Notes: generated from the letters alone by a model not told the origin. Positions 1 through 10,038 are shown, counted from the stretch's first letter. The stretch is DNA of 38,369 nt from Acetobacteraceae bacterium (GCA_027311485.1 DAICYU010000001.1:1-38369); one strand, 5' to 3'. Numbers and translations are program-made.

Positions 1-1101
1 GCCGCCGGTGCCCCAGCCGCAATTGACGAAAAGGTTCGCCACCGGCGTCAGACCAATGATGGGAGATCGGTCCGGTGTTGTATCGACAACGCCGCCCCAG
101 TTGCGCAGCATGCGCAGCCGGCGGAAGGACGGAAACAGCTCACAGAGCGCCTGCAACGTTTCCGCAGCGATATGCAGGCCGCCGGTCTGGCTGTAGGACG
201 TATAAGCGTCGGTGCCGCCGCCGATCACCAATTCCCCCTTGTCGGACTGTGAAACGTAGGCGTGGATCGTATTCGACATCACCACGCATGGCATCACCGG
301 CTTCACCGGCTCACTCACCAATGCCTGCAACGGAAACGATTCCAGCGGCATGCGCACCCCGGCCATCGCCATCAGCACGCTGGTATGGCCCGCGGCGACG
401 ATGCCGACCCGCCGGGCGGCAATCGGCCCCAATGTCGTTTCAACGCCGCTGACCGCGCCGCCGGCATCGCGCCGGATCGCCGTCACCTCACAGTTCTGGA
501 TGATATCGACGCCCATGGCGCTGGCCGCGCGCGCATAGCCCCAGGCAACGGCATCATGCCGGGCGATACCGCCGCGGCGTTGCAGGGCGGCGCCGAGGAC
601 GGGAAAACGCAGATCCGCGCTGATATCGAGTGGTGGACAGAACGCCTTGGCCTGTGCGGGGGTCAGCCACTCATTATCGATCCCCATCAACCGGTTGGCG
701 TGGACATGCCGCCGGAAAACCTGCACGTCATGGTGCGTGTGGGCCAGCATCAGCACGCCGCGGGGCGAGTACATCACATTGTAGTTCAGCGTCTGCGCCA
801 GGTTTTCCCACAGCTTCAGCGCATGCTCATACAGCGCGGCGCTTTCGGGGCGCAGATAGTTGGATCGGATGATGGTTGTATTCCGGCCGGTGTTGCCGCC
901 GCCCAACCAGCCTTTGTCGAGCACGGCGATGTCGCGGATGCCATGTTCGCGGGCCAGGTAGTAGGCCGTGGCCAGCCCATGCCCGCCGGCGCCGACGATG
1001 ACGACGTCGTACGCCGCCTTCGGCTGGGCGTCGCGCCACTGCCTTTCCCATACGCGTCCGGTGCCATGCCGAACCAACGCCCAACCCGAAAATCGCGCCA
1101 T
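1..1101 (-). CDS. soxB: Sarcosine oxidase subunit beta family (partial, runs off the left edge)
   Basis: Not in the ORF track; translated by hand from ATG at 1101: [12 protein letters not shown]...[53 protein letters not shown], and [12 protein letters not shown] in the same frame at the window edge. These are SoxB signature segments. Confidence 0.92.
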   Translation of the reverse strand, partial: MARFSGWALVRHGTGRVWERQWRDAQPKAAYDVVIVGAGGHGLATAYYLAREHGIRDIAVLDKGWLGGGNTGRNTTIIRSNYLRPESAALYEHALKLWENLAQTLNYNVMYSPRGVLMLAHTHHDVQVFRRHVHANRLMGIDNEWLTPAQAKAFCPPLDISADLRFPVLGAALQRRGGIARHDAVAWGYARAASAMGVDIIQNCEVTAIRRDAGGAVSGVETTLGPIAARRVGIVAAGHTSVLMAMAGVRMPLESFPLQALVSEPVKPVMPCVVMSNTIHAYVSQSDKGELVIGGGTDAYTSYSQTGGLHIAAETLQALCELFPSFRRLRMLRNWGGVVDTTPDRSPIIGLTPVANLFVNCGWGTGG

Positions 1102-1237
1102 GTATGCACCTGTGCCACAGCGCGGGCCGGCGGGCAAAGCGATGCGATGGGGCGTTGCAACAACGATCGCGTTAGTGTCGCGGGTTTTGCCGCTGCCGTG
1201 GTGTGGGTATAGGATCGTCACAAACGGGGGAGAGACG

Positions 1238-2854
1238 ATGCAGGAGTTCGATTACATCGTTGTGGGCGCCGGTTCAGCCGGGTGCGTGCTGGCAAACCGG
1301 CTGACCGAGGATCAGCGGACGACGGTGCTGTTGCTGGAGGCTGGTCCGAAAGACGCCTCCATGTGGATCAACATCCCGGCCGGGTTCACCAAGCTGCTGA
1401 ACAACCCGAAGCTCAACTGGAACTTCGAAACCGAGCCGGAGCCGAACGCGGCCAACCGCCGGGTGCCGATCCCGCGTGGCAAGACGCTGGGCGGTTCCAG
1501 CTCGATCAATGGCATGCTGTACGTGCGTGGCAATCCGCTCGACTACAATACCTGGGCGCAGTACGGGAACCGTGGCTGGTCCTATGATGCGGTGCTGCCG
1601 TATTTCCGCAAGGCGGAGCATTTTGCCCCGGGCGGCGACGAATCACGCGGGCGCGGCGGGCCGTTGCACGTCGATCATATGCGGGAACGGGCCGAACTGC
1701 TGGATGCGTTCATCGATGCGGCGGTGGATGAAGGTTTCCCGCGCAACAAGGACTACAACAACGGTCGCCAGGAGGGGTTCGGCTATTTCCAGGTGACGCA
1801 GAAGAACGGTGAGCGCTGGTCCACCGCGCGCGGCTTCCTGGAGCCGGTGCGCAGCCGATCCAACCTGAAGATCGAGACCGAGGCGTACACAACGAAGCTG
1901 CTGCTGGAGGACAAGCGCGCGGTTGGCGTTGCCTATACCCAGGGTGGGGTGGCCAAGGAGGCGCGGGCGAAACGAGAGGTCATTGTCTCGGCCGGCGCAG
2001 TCAAATCGCCGCATATATTGGAGCTGTCCGGCATCGGCAATCCAGAGATATTGGCCACGGCCGGGATTCCGGTGCTGCATGCGCTGCCGGGTGTCGGTGA
2101 GAATTACCGCGACCATTATGCGCCGCGCATGAACTGGCGGGTGAAGCTGCCGGTGACGCTGAATGAGCGGAGCCGTGGTTTGGCCTTGGCCAAGGAGGTT
2201 GTGAAATACTACACGCAGCGCCGCGGCATCCTGACCTTCACCGCGGGTATCGCCTATGGCTTCGTCAGGACGCGGCCGGAGCTGGAAGAGCCGGATGTGC
2301 AGTTCCATTTCGCCCACGCCAGCTATGGCAACGCGCAGACCCGGGTGCTGGACACCGAGCCCGGCATGACGCTGACGGTGTATCAGTGCCGGCCCGAGTC
2401 AAAGGGGTCGATCCATACCCGTTCGGCCGATCCGCACGCTTCCCCGGCCATCCGGGCCAACTATCTGGCCGACCCGTATGACCAGCGGGTGCTGGTTGAC
2501 GGCATGAAGATCGGCCGGCGGATTATCAACAACCGGGTGCTGGACCGCTATCGCGCCTATGAAATGAATCCCGGTGACCGCGTGCAAAGCGATGACGAGT
2601 GGCTGCAATTCGCCCGTGAGAACGGGCAGACTACCTATCACGTGATCGGCACGTGCAAGATGGGGCCGGACCCGATGGCGGTGGTGGATGATCGCCTCCG
2701 GGTGCATGGGATCGAAGGGCTGCGCGTGGTCGACGCGTCGATCATGCCGACGGTGCCGTCGGGCAACACCAATGCGGCCGTGATCATGATTGCGGAGAAG
2801 GGGGCCGACATGATCAAGGCTGCGGCGAAGGAGGAGTTGCGCGCCGCCGCCTGA
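1238..2854 (+). CDS. GMC oxidoreductase (choline dehydrogenase family)
   Basis: [48 protein letters not shown]...GNTNA. Start moved to ATG 1238, which follows a GGGGAGAG RBS. Substrate not determinable. Confidence 0.9.
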   Translation: MQEFDYIVVGAGSAGCVLANRLTEDQRTTVLLLEAGPKDASMWINIPAGFTKLLNNPKLNWNFETEPEPNAANRRVPIPRGKTLGGSSSINGMLYVRGNPLDYNTWAQYGNRGWSYDAVLPYFRKAEHFAPGGDESRGRGGPLHVDHMRERAELLDAFIDAAVDEGFPRNKDYNNGRQEGFGYFQVTQKNGERWSTARGFLEPVRSRSNLKIETEAYTTKLLLEDKRAVGVAYTQGGVAKEARAKREVIVSAGAVKSPHILELSGIGNPEILATAGIPVLHALPGVGENYRDHYAPRMNWRVKLPVTLNERSRGLALAKEVVKYYTQRRGILTFTAGIAYGFVRTRPELEEPDVQFHFAHASYGNAQTRVLDTEPGMTLTVYQCRPESKGSIHTRSADPHASPAIRANYLADPYDQRVLVDGMKIGRRIINNRVLDRYRAYEMNPGDRVQSDDEWLQFARENGQTTYHVIGTCKMGPDPMAVVDDRLRVHGIEGLRVVDASIMPTVPSGNTNAAVIMIAEKGADMIKAAAKEELRAAA

Positions 2855-2889
2855 TCGCGGCGCCGACTGGCGCTTTATTGGACGTGAAA

Positions 2890-2915
2890 CCTTCGGCGTG
2901 CGGGAACGCCGAAGG
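2890..2915 (-). terminator. Intrinsic terminator-like hairpin between the convergent GMC gene and dnaA
   Basis: Perfect 10-bp stem CCTTCGGCGT/ACGCCGAAGG with a 6-nt loop, followed by TTTC on the minus strand just after the dnaA stop. Confidence 0.65.
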
Positions 2916-2926
2916 GGTGGCTGCCG

Positions 2927-4417
2927 TCAGGATTCAAGCAGCCGGCGCAGCAGTTCCACATCCTCGGCGAACGCGCCGTCGCGTTCCATCAGTTCGGACA
3001 CGCGTGAGACGGCGTGCATGACCGTCGTATGGTCCCGGTTGCCGAATTTTCGTCCGATCTCCGGCAGGCTGCGGCTGGTGAGTTGCTTTGCCAGATACAT
3101 CGCCACCTGCCGTGGACGCGCGACCGCGCGCGCCCGCCGAGCCGATGACATGTCGGTCAGGCGGATACTGTAATGTTCTGCGACTTTCTTCTGAATTTCT
3201 TCAATCGTCACGCGCCGGTCGTGCGCTTTCAGAATATCGTGCAGCACTTCATGCGTGGTTTCCAGCGTGACCGGCCGGCCGAACAGGTTGGCATGGGCGA
3301 CCAGGCGGTTCAGTGCACCTTCCAGCTCCCGCACGTTGGAGGTGATCCGGTGCGCCAGGAATTCCATGACCTTGACCGGAACCTCGACTCCGGCGCGGGC
3401 TGCCTTGGCCTCCAGGATCGAAAAGCGCAGCTCATAGGTGGTCGCGTGCAGGTCGGCGACCATGCCGCATCCCAGGCGGGTGCGGAGCCGATGTTCCAGC
3501 CCGTTGAGGTCGGAGGGCGACTTGTCGGCCGAAACGACGATCTGCTTGCCGGCTTCAACCAGGTAATTGAAGGTATGGAAGAATTCTTCCTGTGTGTTGT
3601 CTTTGCCGATCAGGAATTGCAGATCGTCGATCATCAGAACATCGACGCTGCGCAGGCTTTCCTTGAATTCCATTGTCGATTGACTGCGAATCGCTGCAAT
3701 GAAGCGGTACATAAATTTTTCGGCCGACATATAGGCGACCGAGACCGGGCTCACGCTACGATCCGTCAGTTCCCACGCGATCGCATGCATGAGGTGGGTT
3801 TTGCCGAGTCCGACGCCGCCGTACAGGAACAGGGGATTAAAGCCCGGGCTGGAGGGCCGTTCGGCGACCCGTCGTGCGCAGGCGTAGGCAAATTCGTTTG
3901 GCTTGCCGACGACAAAACCGTCGAACGTGAAGCGCGGATCCAGCGGGGCGGCCAGATCCGATCGCGGTTCGACCTTTTCCTCCTGCCATGCCGGTGCAGC
4001 GGCTTGTGTGGGGGCTGGTGCGAATGCAACTGGTTCGACGCGCCGCGCCGCCGGGTGTGGTGCTTCGGCGATGGGTTCGCGAACGGGCGGAGCGGCAGGG
4101 GCCGTTACAGCCGGTTGGGGCGCGACCGCCTGCGGCGCGCCGTGGCCGACCCGGATATCCACCCGTCGTACGCCAGGATTTTCGGTCTGCCAAAGTGCCC
4201 GCAGCCGATCGCCATAGCGTGTGGAAACCCAGTCGCGCAGAAATCGTGTAGGCAGGGAAACCGTTACCTCATCGCCGTCCAATCCGACGAGGTCGATTTG
4301 CCGCAGCCAGGTTCGATACTCGACATCCCCGACTTCCATCTGCATTCGCGCCAGGATCCGCGTCCATTGAACAGCAATCTCTGCCAATTCCATGGTCACA
4401 GGTTCAGTCGTGGTCAT
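2927..4417 (-). CDS. dnaA: Chromosomal replication initiator DnaA
   Basis: FNPLFLYGGVGLGKTHLMHAI (Walker A), LMIDDLQF, SNVRELEGAL, RPRQVAMYL...SLPEIGRKFGNRDHTTVMHA. ATG 4417 follows a GGGGAG RBS. Confidence 0.98.
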   Translation of the reverse strand: MTTTEPVTMELAEIAVQWTRILARMQMEVGDVEYRTWLRQIDLVGLDGDEVTVSLPTRFLRDWVSTRYGDRLRALWQTENPGVRRVDIRVGHGAPQAVAPQPAVTAPAAPPVREPIAEAPHPAARRVEPVAFAPAPTQAAAPAWQEEKVEPRSDLAAPLDPRFTFDGFVVGKPNEFAYACARRVAERPSSPGFNPLFLYGGVGLGKTHLMHAIAWELTDRSVSPVSVAYMSAEKFMYRFIAAIRSQSTMEFKESLRSVDVLMIDDLQFLIGKDNTQEEFFHTFNYLVEAGKQIVVSADKSPSDLNGLEHRLRTRLGCGMVADLHATTYELRFSILEAKAARAGVEVPVKVMEFLAHRITSNVRELEGALNRLVAHANLFGRPVTLETTHEVLHDILKAHDRRVTIEEIQKKVAEHYSIRLTDMSSARRARAVARPRQVAMYLAKQLTSRSLPEIGRKFGNRDHTTVMHAVSRVSELMERDGAFAEDVELLRRLLES

Positions 4418-4775
4418 CAAAAACTCCCCTGCGATGTCCGCCCGTGACACCTTTTAAAGGCCCCGTTCGCCACGTTCGAACTCGCCCATCTTCCCCGCTT
4501 TGGTCGGCCTGGAACGCACTTTCCCTTTCCCTTAACTTGGGCTTTGAAAGCATCGTTTCCTAACTGACGGGTTAAACTATGTCACAACCTTGACAGTAGG
4601 CAATCAAAATAACAGCCTCCTTGGTCAAGCTAAATAACGGCAAATTCGTTACCTGAAAGTGGCGCTATTAAGACGCGCGCTAACTACCCGTACAAGCACA
4701 AGGGTACAAAAGGCCATCGTAATGGTGACGTAGACAGAAACGATTTGCCGTCAGCGAGTGATGATGCTCGCAGGG

Positions 4776-4803
4776 GCCGGTCCGGTCAATGTGCCGAACC
4801 GGC
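4776..4803 (-). terminator. Hairpin immediately downstream of rpsT
   Basis: GCCGGTTCGG-N8-CCGGACCGGC on the minus strand (one G-U pair), 8 nt after the rpsT stop; no U-tract. Confidence 0.4.
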
Positions 4804-4811
4804 AATTCCGA

Positions 4812-5081
4812 TCACGCAATCGGGAGCGCCTTGATGCGTGCGGACAGGCGGGACAGCTTGCGTGCCACCGTGTTGGTATGGACAATACCCTTTCCGGAGG
4901 CGCGCTGCATTTCAGGCTGCGCCTCCTGCAGGGCGGTCGACGCAGCGGCCTTGTCGCCGCTGGCGATCGCCGCCTCCACCTTCTTGACGAAGGTGCGCAT
5001 GCGAGACTTACGCGCCTGGTTTCGCGCGGTGCGGGTAATGGTCTGTCGAATGCGCTTGCGCGCCGATGCGGTGTTGGCCAT
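4812..5081 (-). CDS. rpsT: 30S ribosomal protein S20
   Basis: [14 protein letters not shown]...[17 protein letters not shown]...[16 protein letters not shown]; sits upstream of dnaA as is usual in alphaproteobacteria. Confidence 0.98.
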   Translation of the reverse strand: MANTASARKRIRQTITRTARNQARKSRMRTFVKKVEAAIASGDKAAASTALQEAQPEMQRASGKGIVHTNTVARKLSRLSARIKALPIA

Positions 5082-5160
5082 GCGTCTCTTGTCTGCAACG
5101 TGTAATTGCCAAAAACCACCTTGGGTTGTATGCCCCGCGGTGGCTCAGCCGAAGTCCGGC

Positions 5161-5189
5161 GTTCTAAGCAGCGTCCGGGGCCGAGTCAA
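5161..5189 (-). promoter_or_regulatory. sigma70-type promoter of rpsT
   Basis: Minus strand TTGACT-N17-TAGAAC, 80 nt upstream of the rpsT ATG. Confidence 0.6.
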
Positions 5190-5214
5190 GGTCGGCCTCA
5201 TCCCGCGTCGAACC

Positions 5215-6102
5215 TCAAATGACCAGTACGCCGTGCTGCTTCGCCTTTTCCTCCGGTTCCACATGGATCGTGATCATCAGGTGGCCCATTTCGGCCCGCA
5301 GCGTGTCCTCGATGCGATCGCAGATTTCGTGTGCGGCGGAGACGGTCATGCTGCCCGGCACGACAAGATGAAACTCCAGGAACGTCAGTCGCCCGGCATG
5401 ACGTGTGCGCAGGTCGTGCGCCTCGATGGCTCCGGAGGCACTGTTGGCCACCAGGTCCCGGATGCGCTGCACCACCGCGGGTTCCGGCGCCGTGTCCATC
5501 AGCCCACTGACCGAGGACGATATCATGCGCATCCCCGACCAGAGCACGTAAACGCCGGTCGCCGCCGCCAGCAACGGGTCCAGAACCGGCTGTCCGGTGA
5601 CCACGGCAAGGCTCACGCCCAGGGCGATGCCGACCGACGTCACCACGTCGGCCATCAGGTGGCGACCATCGGCGGCCAGGGCCGGCGAACGCAGCCGCTT
5701 GCCGGCACGCATCATCACGACGGACCAGGCGGCGTTGATCGCCGTGGCAATCCCGTTCAGGGCGATTCCCTGGAACGGCGTCGTGATCCGCGCCCGGTGC
5801 TGCCATGCATCCCATGCCTCGTTGAAGATCAGCAGGGCCGCGACGACGATCAGCACGCCTTCCAGAACGGCGGCAAAAAATTCGGCCTTGTCATGCCCAT
5901 AGGGATGGTTGGCATCGGCCGGGCGGGCAGCGAAGCGCAACGCGCCCAGCGCCAGAAAGCTCGCCACGATGTTGACGATGCTTTCCAGCGCGTCAGAATA
6001 AAGCGCGGCGCTGCCGGTCATCCACCAGGCAGCGCCCTTCAACCCGAAAACCAGGCAGCCGGCGACCATGCTGCCCAGTGCAAACCGCTCGCCCCGTGTC
6101 AT
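5215..6102 (-). CDS. Cation diffusion facilitator (FieF-like) transporter
   Basis: SAALYSDALES, PADANHPYGHDKAE, ADGRHLMADVVTS, HDLRTRHAG, AHEICDRIE, IHVEP. Confidence 0.93.
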   Translation of the reverse strand: MTRGERFALGSMVAGCLVFGLKGAAWWMTGSAALYSDALESIVNIVASFLALGALRFAARPADANHPYGHDKAEFFAAVLEGVLIVVAALLIFNEAWDAWQHRARITTPFQGIALNGIATAINAAWSVVMMRAGKRLRSPALAADGRHLMADVVTSVGIALGVSLAVVTGQPVLDPLLAAATGVYVLWSGMRMISSSVSGLMDTAPEPAVVQRIRDLVANSASGAIEAHDLRTRHAGRLTFLEFHLVVPGSMTVSAAHEICDRIEDTLRAEMGHLMITIHVEPEEKAKQHGVLVI

Positions 6103-6155
6103 GCGCCGCGCCTAGCACATCAGTTTGGCCGCGTCAGCAGCGTGGATGGTAAGCT

Positions 6156-7442
6156 TCAGTGACTGGCGGTGGCAGCGGCAAGTTTCATGCGTCGAAGCTG
6201 ATTGGCGCGCAGCGGCCGCAGCACGAACAGGGCCAACAGAACCACGCAGGCATTGGTGACCGCCGCGACCAGGAACACGGCCTCCCATCCGCCCGTGGCG
6301 GTTTTCAGCACGTTGGCCAGCGGCACCAGAAAGGCCGAGGTGCCTTTTGCCGTGTAAAGCAGGCTGGCATTGGCGGTGGCGTATTTCGGCCCGAAGGTGT
6401 CGGTGCAGGTCGAGGGGAACAGCGAGAAGATCTCCCCCCACGTGAAGAAGATCAGCCCTGCGCAGATGACGAAGGCCCAGGGGCGTTGCCCGGCGACAGC
6501 CAGCAGCCAGTAGCTGAGTGCGCCCAGTGTGAACGCCAGCGCCATGGTCTTTTCCCGCCCGATCCGGTCGGATAGGGCACCGAAGAACGGGCGGGCGGCG
6601 CCGTTCAGCACATTATCCACCACCAGAGCGACGCTCAGGGTGCTCGCACCCAGGAAAATCGCGCTGTTGGCGATGCCATAGTCCTTGGCGATCGGGCCAA
6701 GCTGTGCGGTTGCCATCAGCCCGCTGGCCGACACGGCAACAAACATAAGGTACAGGATCCAGAAAATCGGCGATCGTACCATGACCCCGCTGGATACGCT
6801 GACTGTGGATTGCACCAGCTGCGCCGCCGCACCGGGCGGTGCCGCGACCGGCTGCGGCGGACCGCGCAGCAGCGATGCGATCGCCACGAGCACCACAGCC
6901 TGACCCACGCCGAACCACAGGAAGGCAGATTCATAGCCGAAACTGGTGATCGTCATGCGGATAGGAATCACGGTCAGGGCCGCACCTGCGCCGAACCCGG
7001 CAGCGGTCAGGCCGACCGCAAGTCCGCGCCGGTCCGGGAACCACTTCACCGCATTGCCGACACATGTGGCATAGATTGCCCCAGCCCCGGTACCGGATAC
7101 GGCGGCGCCGATATATAACAGTGTCAGGGAATCAGCGACCGCATTGATCAGCCAGCCGGCGCCCACAAGAACGGCACCGGTCGCGATCGCCAGAGGCGGA
7201 CCGCGCCGCGGCCCCAGCCGATCAACCAGCGTGCCGGCGACGGGCGTCAGCCAAGTTTCGGTGGCGATGAAAATACTGAACGCCCATTGGATATCACCCA
7301 GGCTCCAAGCGTGCGCCACATGCATCGGCTCAACGAACAGGGTCCAGGCGTATTGCAGATTGGCGATCAGGGCCATGCTCAGGACACCAAGCCATAGCTG
7401 GAGCCAGCGGCCGGTGGGGGGCGCCGATGCAGTACCAGACAT
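6156..7442 (-). CDS. Oxalate/formate antiporter (OFA) family MFS transporter
   Basis: MALIANLQYAWTLFV, CVGNAVKWFPDRRGLAVGLTAAGFGAG, GEIFSLFPSTCTDTFG, LYTAKG; about 12 hydrophobic segments. ATG 7442 follows AGGGAG. Confidence 0.88.
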   Translation of the reverse strand: MSGTASAPPTGRWLQLWLGVLSMALIANLQYAWTLFVEPMHVAHAWSLGDIQWAFSIFIATETWLTPVAGTLVDRLGPRRGPPLAIATGAVLVGAGWLINAVADSLTLLYIGAAVSGTGAGAIYATCVGNAVKWFPDRRGLAVGLTAAGFGAGAALTVIPIRMTITSFGYESAFLWFGVGQAVVLVAIASLLRGPPQPVAAPPGAAAQLVQSTVSVSSGVMVRSPIFWILYLMFVAVSASGLMATAQLGPIAKDYGIANSAIFLGASTLSVALVVDNVLNGAARPFFGALSDRIGREKTMALAFTLGALSYWLLAVAGQRPWAFVICAGLIFFTWGEIFSLFPSTCTDTFGPKYATANASLLYTAKGTSAFLVPLANVLKTATGGWEAVFLVAAVTNACVVLLALFVLRPLRANQLRRMKLAAATASH

Positions 7443-7638
7443 ATCTATCTCCCTGGCATATCTCCCTGGCCGCCAGTTCGGCATTGGCTGCCGTTCGATG
7501 GCCAGCCGCGAGCATAGACAGGTTTAGCTGGTTGTAACAATCGCTCCATGCATGCCAAATCGCTCACACGCGAAAACGCGATAGCGAGGCGCGTCGGCAC
7601 AGGCTATCCAGCGTCTGCTTCGGGAAAAGGAGACCTGC

Positions 7639-8181
7639 ATGCGTCGATTCGTCAGCGCCGTGACCGCCATTACGTTGCTCTCTGCCCAGCCGGTTCTGGC
7701 GCAGCACCGGTGTGAATCAGCCACCGAACAGTCCGCCTTTGAGGTTCAGGCGCTGCGAAGCGAACTGATGGTCCTGGCGACGGGCTGCCACGATGACGCG
7801 CAGTACAACGCGTTCATCCGGCGCTATCAGCCTGACCTCCAGGCCAATGAGCGGGCGATCGACGCCTATTTCAAGCATCGGTATGGCCGCAGCGGCCAAA
7901 CCGAGCACGATCGATTTGTGACCGATCTGGCAAACGCCCTGTCGCATGAGGGGTCCAATCTGGGCGGCGACTTCTGTCCCCGTAACGGACAGATCTTCCA
8001 TGAGGTTCTGGCCCTGCAAACGCCGGCGCAGCTGGCCGACTTCGCCGCCGGCAAGAACCTGGTGCCGGCCTCGATCGAGGTTTGCACGCCGATGCCGACG
8101 AAAGCCGCGGTGACCCGGAAGGCCGAGGCATCCAAGGGCAGGAAGATGGCCGCGGTGACCGAGAAAAGGAAGAAGCACTGA
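7639..8181 (+). CDS. Hypothetical exported protein (signal peptide, 4 Cys, basic C-terminal tail)
   Basis: AAGGAG RBS; MRRFVSAVTAITLLSAQPVLA resembles a Sec signal peptide; codon usage looks native. Confidence 0.8.
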   Translation: MRRFVSAVTAITLLSAQPVLAQHRCESATEQSAFEVQALRSELMVLATGCHDDAQYNAFIRRYQPDLQANERAIDAYFKHRYGRSGQTEHDRFVTDLANALSHEGSNLGGDFCPRNGQIFHEVLALQTPAQLADFAAGKNLVPASIEVCTPMPTKAAVTRKAEASKGRKMAAVTEKRKKH

Positions 8182-8309
8182 CACCGGCGGCCCGCACCGT
8201 TTCGAGTGATCGGGCCTTCGGTATCCTGCTGCTTCAGTCGCTTCGATTCACGCGCTGCGTTGATGTCGGCCGCGGCCATAAGCCGGTTCGGCCGCCCGCA
8301 TAAGGTCAA

Positions 8310-8340
8310 CAGGCGTCGCGGATCACGCCCGCGGCGCCTG
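8310..8340. terminator. Hairpin between convergent genes
   Basis: CAGGCGTCGCGG-N7-CCGCGGCGCCTG, a 12-bp stem with one G-U pair; no clear U-tract. Confidence 0.4.
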
Positions 8341-8378
8341 CCCTCTTGCCAAAACCCGGCATGGGCCGTGCGGTCGGG

Positions 8379-9167
8379 TCAGCCTTTCCGCGCCCGCAGC
8401 CTGTCAATCGCGCCCCGCACCATCCGGGTTGGTTCGTCCGATTGATAGGCGCGGTAGATGCAGCGGATACCGGCCTCAATCCCGTCATTCACCGGCATCG
8501 CCTCCCACTCCCGGATCAGTTCCTTTTGCAGGCGAATGGCCTTGGGCCCGGATTCGACGATCGATGCGATCCAGGCATCCAGCGCGTTGTCCAACTCCGC
8601 CAATGGCACCACCTTTTCGACCAGCCCCCATTCCAGCGCGGTCCGCGCGTCGATATTGTCGCCCGTGTACAGCAGCAGCCGGGTCCGCCCCCACCCGATC
8701 AGGTGTGGCAGCAAGGCCGCTTCCACCACCGATGGCAGGCCGATCTTCACCTCCGGCATGCCGAACGTCGCATTGTCGCTGGCGAGGTGCATGTCGCAGG
8801 CGGCCATCAGTTCCAGCCCGGCGCCCAGGCAGAAGCCGTTGACTCGGGCGATCACCGGTACCGGCAAATCCCGCAGCGCCTTGCACGCCCGATGGATCAG
8901 GGTCAGGAAGTCGCGCGCCTGCGGCGGGTCCAGCGCGCCCAACTCATGCAGGTTGGCGCCGCCCATGAAGGCGCGATCCCCCTCTCCGGTGACGACCAGC
9001 ACGCGCAGGTCCGGATCGTCGCCCAGCGTCCGCACCGCCTCCTCGAACGCCGTCAACTGCGCCCTGCCAAGGCTGTTCAGGCGGGACGGGTTGTTGATCG
9101 AGACGGTGGCGATCTTGCCGTGGCTGCCGCGGGTGTGCACACGAACGCGGACGGGTTCATCAATCAT
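8379..9167 (-). CDS. Enoyl-CoA hydratase/isomerase (crotonase) family
   Basis: TGEGDRAFMGGANL, PVIARVNGFCLGAGLELMAACD, FGMPEVKIGLP; ATGA overlap with the SDR gene. Confidence 0.93.
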   Translation of the reverse strand: MIDEPVRVRVHTRGSHGKIATVSINNPSRLNSLGRAQLTAFEEAVRTLGDDPDLRVLVVTGEGDRAFMGGANLHELGALDPPQARDFLTLIHRACKALRDLPVPVIARVNGFCLGAGLELMAACDMHLASDNATFGMPEVKIGLPSVVEAALLPHLIGWGRTRLLLYTGDNIDARTALEWGLVEKVVPLAELDNALDAWIASIVESGPKAIRLQKELIREWEAMPVNDGIEAGIRCIYRAYQSDEPTRMVRGAIDRLRARKG

Positions 9168-9961
9168 GCGTGGGTCCTTTCGTTCCAGCCGATCGGGCCG
9201 CGGAACGGCCGCATATCAGGATAAGCGCTGACGCCCCAGGCGCCATCGACCAGCAGGCTGGCGCCGTTGACATAGCTGGCATCATCGCTGGCCAGGTATA
9301 TCGCCGGGGCGGCGATTTCGTCGGGTTGCGCCGGTCGGCCCATCGGAATGCGCGCCTGGAACGCTGCCAGGGCATCGGGGTTGTCGAAATGCCGCCGGGT
9401 CAGCGGCGTCTGCACCAGGCCGGGCAGGATCGCATTCACCCGGATGCCGAACGGGCCGAATTCCAGCGCACCGTTCTGGCTGAGCATTTCCACGCCCGCC
9501 TTGGCGGCGACGTAGGCGGACCCGGCATGCATCGGGACATGCGCGTTCAGGGAGGCGATGTTGACGATACTGCCGCGCCCCTGGCGCATCATCTGCCGGC
9601 CCTGATGCTTCATGCCGAGGAAGACGCCCTTGAGGCAGAGATCCACCGTAAAGTCCCAGTCCGACTCCGCCAGATCGACGATGTAGCCGGGCCGGGAGCC
9701 GCCGGCGACGTTGAAGGCGGCATCCACGCCGCCGAACCGCTGCACCGCGGCGGCAACAAGGTCCTGCGCGGTGGCTTCCTGCGTCACGTCGCCGGTCAGG
9801 CCGACAAAGTTCGTATCGGTCACGCCGATGGGGTGCAGGTCGGTGCCGACCACCGACGCGCCCTCGAGCAACAGGCGCTGGGTGATGGCGAGCCCGATGC
9901 CCGAGGCGGCGCCGGTGACGACGGCGACCTTCCCGGCGAAGCGGTCCTTGATGGCGACCAT
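9164..9961 (-). CDS. Short-chain dehydrogenase/reductase (SDR)
   Basis: VTGAASGIG, catalytic YVAAK, IRVNAILPG, YVNGASLLVDG. ATG 9961 follows GGGAGG. Confidence 0.93.
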   Translation of the reverse strand: MVAIKDRFAGKVAVVTGAASGIGLAITQRLLLEGASVVGTDLHPIGVTDTNFVGLTGDVTQEATAQDLVAAAVQRFGGVDAAFNVAGGSRPGYIVDLAESDWDFTVDLCLKGVFLGMKHQGRQMMRQGRGSIVNIASLNAHVPMHAGSAYVAAKAGVEMLSQNGALEFGPFGIRVNAILPGLVQTPLTRRHFDNPDALAAFQARIPMGRPAQPDEIAAPAIYLASDDASYVNGASLLVDGAWGVSAYPDMRPFRGPIGWNERTHA

Positions 9962-10038
9962 GTGTTTCCTCCCGCGCCGCTTTAAGGGTTTGGCAACTTT
10001 CACGTGGTTTCGTGCGCGCGTTTCCAGGTGGAGCGTGC

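Noticed and set aside
262-1212. Long plus-strand ORF (316 aa) and other long antisense ORFs (3173-4447, 4789-6162, 10000-11775, 17500-19074, 23826-25289, 26812-28350, 29465-30598, 37421-38323)
   Set aside because: Shadow frames opposite well-supported genes in high-GC DNA; no recognisable motifs.
4418-4811. Replication origin next to dnaA
   Set aside because: AT-rich, but no TTATCCACA/TGATCCACA-type boxes were found by eye; alphaproteobacterial origins are often unlinked from dnaA.
9962-10038. CtrA or sigma54 site upstream of the SNF2 helicase (TTAAGGGTTTGGCAA)
   Set aside because: Two mismatches to TTAA-N7-TTAA, and the TGGCA has no GC at the -12 position.
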